DNA of 64,000 bases from an uncultured Gammaproteobacteria bacterium (GTDB lineage Bacteria; Patescibacteriota; Patescibacteriia; Magasanikbacterales; UBA922), in NCBI GenBank assembly GCA_964345045.1, contig CAYFPM010000003.1:70038-134037 (forward strand), read 5' to 3'. The position numbers were made by a program, and so were the translations under genes. Below the pieces are notes generated by a model. The model did not search any database. It saw nothing but the letters and a program-made list of their open reading frames with translations, and was not told where the DNA came from. Each line of letters starts with the position of its first letter. Within the stretch, counting starts at the first letter, position 1. Shown here piece after piece: positions 57,958-64,000 of the stretch.

Positions 57958-58437
57958 TCAAAGCCAGCTTCTCGAAAGATGCTGACGAGTTACAAGTTCT
58001 GGCGCCCCGGAATGGAGCTCCACAATCGTGGTGCCTTGTCCCAGGCGCCTCGGGTCGTTGGGCAGCTAGGTAGCCATCCGCAGAGTTTGGTTTTTTTGTA
58101 GTCATAGAGAGTGCTAACGAAAGATCCAAGTGGTAATAGAAAAAGATACTTCTAATCCACTGCTTTACGCTCAGTATGACTAATTAACAAAAACAAACTC
58201 TGCAGACAACTTGCCTAGCAAAATCTTCTCATCGATTGTAATGAACAATCGTGTCTACTGTTTGAGTAGTGACACATAAAATATTTAGTAAACAACTAAC
58301 TATTTTATCTATCACAACTTTTTTACAAACTCTCTTTTGCCTTCAAACTTTTTTTAAAAGCACAAGAGAATTCGAGGTGTGGGCAGGGCACCTCTTCGAA
58401 CCGAAGTCCGAAGAGGGCCTGCCCACTGAAGCAAGAA

Positions 58438-58851
58438 CTACTGATCGATCGTGACCGTGGTCTGACCACTGTCGCGATTGACGTAGGCGTCGAGGTCGAG
58501 CTCGACCTCGGTCTTGCGGTCGAACCCACCGTTGGCCGCAATGGCTCCCACGGTGATGGCACCGGCGAGCAACAACACGCCGATGCCGATCGCGATCCCG
58601 ATGGTCGTGTTGTGCTCGCGCACGTCACGAGCCACGACGTCCTCGGCCTTGCGGCTCTTCCTGACCCGCTCCACGCACTTGCCGTACTCGGCCTTCTCGG
58701 ACGGATCCGAGAGGTTGAGCGGCACGCACACCGCCTCCGGGCTGGGGAGCCCGGCGGTCGGCGAACGCGGCGTGGTGGCGCAGCCCGAAGCGAAGACCAG
58801 CATGCAGACGAAGATAGAGACGAGACTGTAGAAGAAGTTGTTGTTCTTCAT
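58438..58851 (-). CDS. Glycine-zipper (2TM-type) lipoprotein.
   Basis: An AAGGAG Shine-Dalgarno lies 7 nt upstream of the second ATG. The lipobox is LVFASGC. The C-terminal IGIAIGIGVLLLAGAITVGAIAANGG is a glycine zipper. The start overlaps the stop of the upstream gene. Confidence 0.7.
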   Translation of the reverse strand: MKNNNFFYSLVSIFVCMLVFASGCATTPRSPTAGLPSPEAVCVPLNLSDPSEKAEYGKCVERVRKSRKAEDVVARDVREHNTTIGIAIGIGVLLLAGAITVGAIAANGGFDRKTEVELDLDAYVNRDSGQTTVTIDQ

Positions 58852-58868
58852 GATCTGGTTCTCCTTAT

Positions 58869-59837
58869 TCATCGCACGCCACCACGAACCGCAGTCCGCA
58901 TGCTTCGACGCTCGGCTTCGGCCGCGGTGGCCTTCTGCTCGAGGTTGTCGATGCGGATGTTGTCCCGGTTGTGACCGCTACGCAACAGAGTGATCGCATC
59001 CATGATCGACACGGTATCGGCAGCCCTGGCGGTCGCCTCGTCGACGAACGTCTTGTCCACGGCCGCGGCTCGCGCCTTGGCCGCCTTGGCGTTGGCAGCG
59101 ATCTTGGCCGTATTGGCCTTGATCTCGGTGTCGAGCGCGGTGTGAACCGTCGCCACGTCGCCACGAACCACCGCTTCGCGGGTGTCCGTGTAGGTCTTGG
59201 CGACCCGCTCCGTCTTGTCGATCTTCTGATCGGTCTCCATGTCGTGGAGCTTGCCCGCGAAGTAGGAAACCGTGAAGCCGAACGCGACGATGCCAGCCAG
59301 AGCGCCGATGACGCCCCAGCTCTTGCCACTCGACCACGAGTTCTTCATCTCGGCGCGGGTCTGCGCATCGATGAAGTCCCCGCGCAGGTCTCGCACCTCG
59401 TCGCCGAGGCGCTCGACCTGTCCGATGCGGTGCTGCGACAAGGTGTCGAGCTCCACGCCGTCGCCACCATTGCGCCCGTAGCGCTGCTGGGGACGGCTGG
59501 CCGCATCGAGCTGGTCGCCGAGCGCCCGCTCGGCCACGCCGATGTAGCGCCCGGCCAAGTCCGCGGTCAAGCGGTCGTGGCGCGGCTCCGGCACCTGCAG
59601 ACGAACCTGCGGCAAGTCCACGTCGACCGTGGGCCGCTGGGGCTCTCGGTCGACCACCACCGGCTCACGCCGCGTCGGCCGCTCGCCGACGTAGGTCTCG
59701 TCGATCTGGTCACGGTAGACCGGACCGCCGAAGTGGTGGTGATGCTGGTGCTCGTGTAGCCCTTGGCGTCGAGCGTCGTCGAAGGGATCCTGCCGGGTCC
59801 CGGGGTTCATGTTCAGTTCGGTTGCGTCACCGGACAT
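58869..59837 (-). CDS. Hypothetical bitopic membrane protein. It has a His-rich disordered N-terminal domain, one TM, and an Ala/Lys-rich coiled-coil C-terminal domain.
   Basis: An AGGAGGAA Shine-Dalgarno lies 6 nt upstream of the ATG at 59837. The His-rich tract is HEHQHHHH. The TM is WGVIGALAGIVAFGFTVSYFAG. The gene is co-transcribed with the downstream lipoprotein, overlapping it by 4 nt. The longer ORF-track N-terminus runs into AT-rich promoter DNA. Confidence 0.65.
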   Translation of the reverse strand: MSGDATELNMNPGTRQDPFDDARRQGLHEHQHHHHFGGPVYRDQIDETYVGERPTRREPVVVDREPQRPTVDVDLPQVRLQVPEPRHDRLTADLAGRYIGVAERALGDQLDAASRPQQRYGRNGGDGVELDTLSQHRIGQVERLGDEVRDLRGDFIDAQTRAEMKNSWSSGKSWGVIGALAGIVAFGFTVSYFAGKLHDMETDQKIDKTERVAKTYTDTREAVVRGDVATVHTALDTEIKANTAKIAANAKAAKARAAAVDKTFVDEATARAADTVSIMDAITLLRSGHNRDNIRIDNLEQKATAAEAERRSMRTAVRGGVR

Positions 59838-60364
59838 GGTGTTCCTCCTAGTCCGATCAAGTGCCCGAGAAAAAATCTCAGGCCAGGTTGTAAGTACTAG
59901 CGAAAAATCCGCGCTGCAGGGCATGCCTAGCAGACATGCTTGTCTGGCTACTGCCAGGCATCCCCACAACGGGGGTCCTCTACAAACACGGTTATTAGCT
60001 ACAAAATTTGCAACCAATATTCCGTGTTTGTAAAAGTAGTTCTTGCTTCTTGTAAAGAACCGTGTCAACTATATTTGTGACACCTGAGATATACACCAAA
60101 TTGATATATATTTCAATAGGCACAAAAAACCAATAAAGCATTTTTTAACATCATATAATAGCACATTTTAACAAATTTGTCAAGACTCTTATTAACTAAT
60201 TATTATATTTGTGTGTCTTAATTTTTGTTAAAAATTTGCCTAATTTTAGCTATTTTTACAAGACCTTTTGTCCACAATAATTATTCTGAACAAAAGGAAG
60301 TGGCGGCACTCTGTAGTATCTCTACTATAGAGTGCCGCAAAAAAATGAAGCAGTGTGTGAGGCT

Positions 60365-62617
60365 CTAGCTAGAGCTACCCCCACGAGACGGCCACGGAGA
60401 CCTAGAACCCAATCCAGTCCCCCTAGAGCTATGCTCATCCAAGGCGGCCTGGGACTCCGGATCCAGATCCGTCGACAGACTCACCTCTCCGTTACTCGGA
60501 GCAGAATCGTCGGTATCCCACGAGGGCCTAGGCGTCACCACCGTCTCGGGCAGATCCCGAGGCAGAGCCTCTCGCAAGGGAGGCTCCGGGTCTTGCCCAG
60601 CGTCTCCCGACGATGAGGGCAAGTCCTCGGTGGTTACCTCCGGGTCAGTCTCCTCTGCCGGCGAGGGCAGACGGAACTCCGGAGCATCCAGCCCGAAGGT
60701 ACCTTCGAAGTTACTGATACCGGCAAGCAAGACATCGATCTCGTCGCCAGTACTGCGTTTGAGCTGCTTGGGCATCTCACCAGTCCAGCCCTGGCTCCGC
60801 AGCCAGTCCTCGTTCGGTACGCAGCCGTTCTGGGCCTCTTCGCGGCTGGGCCACGAGAGCGGCCAGCGCGGCAGCTTCTGATCCCCGGCCAAGGCCATGG
60901 CCTCCATGGCGAACACCCTGGAGAGAACATCGGCCAACGAACCTTCGTAGCACTGCTGAGCGTACCGCCGAATGAGGTCGTAGGACACCCCCGGACTCTT
61001 GGACAGAGCTCGGTAGACCGGGTTCAGAAGGCACATCTGAACCGCCTGAAGCATGGTTGGGTAGACCTTGGTACGCAGTTTATCCACAGCCTTGCGAGCG
61101 CGCTCGATGGCCTCCGTGGGATCGACCCAATCGAGAGACTCGAGAGTCTCACGATCGAGATGCCAGGGCCTCTGCCCCAACGTCTCGAGAGGATCGCTCT
61201 TGACCGGCAGGTCGCTGCGCCACGGGGGCACATGGTAGCCGTCGGCCTCCAGCTCTTGCTTGGCCAGGAGAAGCTTCCGTAGGACATCGCCCGGGCCGTC
61301 TTCTCGTTGCCAGTGCTCCGAGAAGGCCTGCTCGAGCTGTGCCGTAGTCTGGCAGTTGCCTTGCGGCGACTGCTGCCCGACCCGACCGATGCGCCACTCG
61401 TGGTAGTTCATGAGAGCCTTCGAGGCTTCTGCCTGGAGGGTCAGATACTTCTTCTCCTCCGGACTCATGAACAGGTACTTCCAAGTCATGGCCTTGTAGA
61501 CCAAGAGCAGAAGCACCACCGCCATGGCGAGGCCAAGGATGACCCAACGGGTCTCTTGGTCTACCTTGCGCAGCTCGGTGAGAGCCTCACTCGTGTCGGA
61601 GTAGCCCCCCTGGTACCAACGCTGATCCGGCTTCTCGGCCTTTACCAGTGCTGCCAAGTCCATGGCCTTGAGCTCTTCGAGCTTGGCCTGGAACTCGGCT
61701 TCCAGCTTGGCCAGAGCCTCTCGCTTGTCCTTGGTATGCTTCTCCTCGAGACCGGGCGTCTCGGCGTCGAAACCAGCCAAGATCGACTCGGTCTGGCCTT
61801 CGTAACTGTCTTGACTCCCGGCTGCGGCACCCGCTGCTCCAGAGAGAGCGGCAGCCGCCGCGGCTCTGGCCGAAGCGATCGAGGCGATAGTGCTGGTACG
61901 GGTACCAGCCCAACGCGCCGAGCGCATGGTCCGACGAGCCCGACGACCTCGAGCCTTGGCACCGGCTCGCCGACGCCGCTCGATTTGGTCCTTGGTAGCT
62001 GCTCGATCCGACTGAAAGGCGGCCTTGGCACCAGCAAGCTGGCCCTCGGCCGCCGTGATCTGGGGCTCGTACTCGGCCTTGATCTTGGCTTCGGCCGCCG
62101 TACGGAGTTCGAGCTCGATCTTGTCGTTCTGAGCGGTCATCCAGCGATCGATGTCGCTTTGGAAGATGGCCATCTCGAAGTACTTGGCAAACCCAAACTG
62201 GATGATGAACACCACAGCGATGTAGACCAGATACTTGAACTTGCTTCCCGAGCTTACTCGCCAACTGTCTGGGCTGGCGATGTAGATGGTTCGGTGCAGA
62301 GCGGCGATGGCAGCTGCCACGAGCAGGCCTGCCAGAATGGCAATGGCCAGCTGCGTGTACAGCCCGTACTGATCCAGGAAGAGGCTCACGTACTTCGCGG
62401 CTCCCACCGCATCATACGCAAACAAGACGGCGAGAATGATGGTGGCGCCCACGAGGACACCTTCCATCTTCTCGGTGATCTTGTCGAAGCCTTTCCGAAG
62501 GAGGAACGGGTCAAAGGGCTTCTTGCCCAAGTTGTCGGTGTTGTTGGTATCCACGAAAGAACCTCCCTTTCTGTGGAGATCGGTGCAGTAGAGACAAATC
62601 GCCTCAAACTGCTTCAT
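60365..62617 (-). CDS. Large hypothetical membrane protein of about 750 aa. It has N-terminal TM helices, a long Ala/Arg/Glu-rich coiled-coil, an internal TM, a C-terminal globular domain and an acidic Pro/Ser-rich tail.
   Basis: The ORF is 60365..62803, with a GTG at 62803 in AT-rich DNA. I chose the first ATG (MKQFEAI, 62617) but the start is uncertain. G+C is above 60% by eye. Confidence 0.6.
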   Translation of the reverse strand: MKQFEAICLYCTDLHRKGGSFVDTNNTDNLGKKPFDPFLLRKGFDKITEKMEGVLVGATIILAVLFAYDAVGAAKYVSLFLDQYGLYTQLAIAILAGLLVAAAIAALHRTIYIASPDSWRVSSGSKFKYLVYIAVVFIIQFGFAKYFEMAIFQSDIDRWMTAQNDKIELELRTAAEAKIKAEYEPQITAAEGQLAGAKAAFQSDRAATKDQIERRRRAGAKARGRRARRTMRSARWAGTRTSTIASIASARAAAAAALSGAAGAAAGSQDSYEGQTESILAGFDAETPGLEEKHTKDKREALAKLEAEFQAKLEELKAMDLAALVKAEKPDQRWYQGGYSDTSEALTELRKVDQETRWVILGLAMAVVLLLLVYKAMTWKYLFMSPEEKKYLTLQAEASKALMNYHEWRIGRVGQQSPQGNCQTTAQLEQAFSEHWQREDGPGDVLRKLLLAKQELEADGYHVPPWRSDLPVKSDPLETLGQRPWHLDRETLESLDWVDPTEAIERARKAVDKLRTKVYPTMLQAVQMCLLNPVYRALSKSPGVSYDLIRRYAQQCYEGSLADVLSRVFAMEAMALAGDQKLPRWPLSWPSREEAQNGCVPNEDWLRSQGWTGEMPKQLKRSTGDEIDVLLAGISNFEGTFGLDAPEFRLPSPAEETDPEVTTEDLPSSSGDAGQDPEPPLREALPRDLPETVVTPRPSWDTDDSAPSNGEVSLSTDLDPESQAALDEHSSRGTGLGSRSPWPSRGGSSS

Positions 62618-62899
62618 TGTGAAATCGGACGGAAAACCGCCCCGAATTGGGAATCCGAGGTAACGGCTTCCACAATTTTTGGCTTGTAATCCACATAAGC
62701 CAAAAATTGTAAAAGCCGATCGGTAAAAAACCGTCCAAACATTATAAAGAACTCCGCTTTGGGTACAATTGTCCCACTTTAAGCGAACGGATAAAGATAC
62801 CACAAAATCAAACTTTTGTCAAGATTTTTTGCTAAATTTAGCTAAAATAAGCAAAAAACGCCCAAAGTAGGACGTTTTTATACTTGTTTAAATTGTTTT

Positions 62900-64000
62900 C
62901 TAGGCTGCTTTTGGCAAAGCAGGCTCTTTTCTAACCAATTGCATCTTGTCGTCTACCACCTCTACTTCGGCCAAAAATGATTCTGTCCCATCTACTGATT
63001 CTACCAAAAATCCTGTTTCCCCTGCCGGAGCCGGTTTGAAATTGTAGTTTTTGTCGTAGAAAAAACTTTCTCCTACATTTTTATCCCAAAACTTAATGGC
63101 ATGAGATCCTTCTGGAACAGCAAAATAAGGATCATCTTCGGTTACGCCTCTTAAGAAAATTTTAGATTCTGCATCCAAGTTTTTGAACGTTGCCAGCAAA
63201 TTTTCTGTTGGACTTTTGCTAGTATCGATTTGCATTCCAGTAAATACTGAATCCTCACCCAAACTTAATTTTTGGAAACGTAGAGCTTGTTCAAAACTTT
63301 CGGCAATTGATTTGGCTTTGTCACTAGCATTTAATTTTATATCTCTAAAGGTAGCCATATCGTTGTCTACTTTGGATATATAAGCTTGTTCGGCTTGGCT
63401 GTAACCAGATGCCATCTCTGCCCCAGAAGCAGCTGCTGGTTCGGCCGGCTCGGCTGCTGCTTCGGCTTTTGGAGTAGCAGTTTCAACTATTTTTTCGGTG
63501 CCATATACTCCACCACTACTTTGTGCCAAATCTGTTGTATCTGCAGCAAGAAAATCTTTTTCTTTGGCTTCGTCCAAACTAACTTCTTCTTGACCTACCT
63601 TTACCTCTGCTTCTCCGAGAGGTTCTTTGACAATTAATTCCGAACCGCCGGTTAATTCTAATTTTGTTCCATCGGCACTTAATTTCAAATGACCAATTAT
63701 ACTACCGTCTTTGGCAAAGGCAGCCCAATCGGCTTGGTCTACAGCGCCAACTCTGCCACTGTATAATCTACCAACCTGATCAATCCCCGCTTCGGTAGGG
63801 ACAAATCTAGCAATTCCATCTGTTCCTACTTCTTGGTTTACAGCAATTCCGTTGGCAAATTCTTGTGGAATTTTGTCTCCTTTGTATACAAAATTAGCGC
63901 CTCTTGATTCATCTGGTAATATAATTTTTTTATCACCTTGAACAATTGTATCCCTATAAAATTGTTCGGACAGATCTCCTTTTAGATCTAGATTACCGCT
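62900..64000 (-). CDS. Hypothetical protein, partial (the 5' end lies beyond the window end). It is low-GC and host-like.
   Basis: The reverse-complement frame is open from 64000 down to the stop at 62900. The ORF-track start at 63688 is only an internal TTG. The product is hydrophilic with Ala/Glu/Pro-rich linker regions. Confidence 0.6.
   Translation of the reverse strand, partial: SGNLDLKGDLSEQFYRDTIVQGDKKIILPDESRGANFVYKGDKIPQEFANGIAVNQEVGTDGIARFVPTEAGIDQVGRLYSGRVGAVDQADWAAFAKDGSIIGHLKLSADGTKLELTGGSELIVKEPLGEAEVKVGQEEVSLDEAKEKDFLAADTTDLAQSSGGVYGTEKIVETATPKAEAAAEPAEPAAASGAEMASGYSQAEQAYISKVDNDMATFRDIKLNASDKAKSIAESFEQALRFQKLSLGEDSVFTGMQIDTSKSPTENLLATFKNLDAESKIFLRGVTEDDPYFAVPEGSHAIKFWDKNVGESFFYDKNYNFKPAPAGETGFLVESVDGTESFLAEVEVVDDKMQLVRKEPALPKAA

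Noticed and set aside
55969-58101. A 710-aa + strand ORF, plus many 60-190 aa ORFs on both strands at 56-58 kb.
   Set aside because: These are shadow ORFs created by the very GC-rich Cys-repeat lipoprotein gene on the opposite strand. Their products are Arg/Ala/Gly/Val-rich low-complexity sequence with no Shine-Dalgarno. The minus-strand gene has a signal peptide, a lipobox, a GGAGG Shine-Dalgarno and recognisable repeats.
61307-62689. A 460-aa + strand ORF, plus ORFs of 132 to 225 aa at 60.6-62.3 kb.
   Set aside because: These are antisense or out-of-frame shadows of the GC-rich 60365..62617 gene. They are Arg/Gly/Leu-rich with no start context.
53560-62820. Explaining the high-GC block as a simple assembly chimera or contamination from a high-GC organism.
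   Set aside because: A chimera would carry GC-rich intergenic DNA too. Here the spacers, promoters and terminators are host-like and AT-rich, and the block is continuous with host genes on both sides. Without read-level data this still cannot be completely excluded, so it is kept as a caveat in the finding.
1-64000. CRISPR arrays, tRNA or rRNA genes.
   Set aside because: There are no regularly spaced direct repeats. I found no tRNA-like cloverleaf with a GTTCGAATC-type T-loop in any intergenic region and no rRNA-like segments. The recurring 14-nt AATTTAGCTAAAAT-like strings at 30695, 60245 and 62845 are within chance expectation for AT-rich DNA.

Overview
This 64 kb window comes from a low-GC, densely packed genome; by eye it is about 30% G+C. 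Most of it is a very large cell-envelope glycan biosynthesis region. It holds at least 11 GT4 and 4 GT2 glycosyltransferases and five GT-C membrane glycosyltransferases, plus one GT2/GT-C fusion protein. It also holds dTDP-sugar genes (rfbB, rfbC and a DegT-family enzyme), GDP-sugar genes (gmd flanked by two Rmd-like reductases) and a UDP-xylose synthase. Two AsnB-like amidotransferases and two Wzy_C (O-antigen ligase/polymerase) family proteins, one fused to TPR repeats, are also present. Next to this region is a 1262-aa signal-peptide-bearing, S/T/G-rich surface (S-layer-like) protein with an ECF sigma and anti-sigma pair directly upstream. The gene content (ECF sigma with a single-TM acidic anti-sigma, a Wzy_C-TPR fusion, a membrane-anchored spermidine-synthase fusion) is typical of small-genome Patescibacteria/CPR-like bacteria, but that assignment is inference. 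Against this background sit several compositionally foreign blocks with clearly elevated G+C. One is a two-gene cassette at 13.5-15.5 kb (a GT-A-like protein and a NUDIX hydrolase). Another is a single small gene at 43.4-43.7 kb, downstream of an excisionase-family HTH gene. The most striking is a roughly 9 kb, six-gene block at 53.6-62.8 kb. It encodes a small secreted Cys-rich protein and a 497-aa orphan protein. It also encodes a 658-aa lipoprotein built from Myxococcales-type Cys-rich and MopE-like metal-binding repeats. The remaining genes are a glycine-zipper lipoprotein co-transcribed with a His-rich single-TM coiled-coil protein, and a large multi-TM coiled-coil protein. Oddly, its ORFs are about 50-68% G+C by eye while the spacers between them are host-like and AT-rich with TTGACA promoters. 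I see no rRNA, tRNA or CRISPR array. Intrinsic terminators and sigma70-like promoters are called where the sequence shows them directly.
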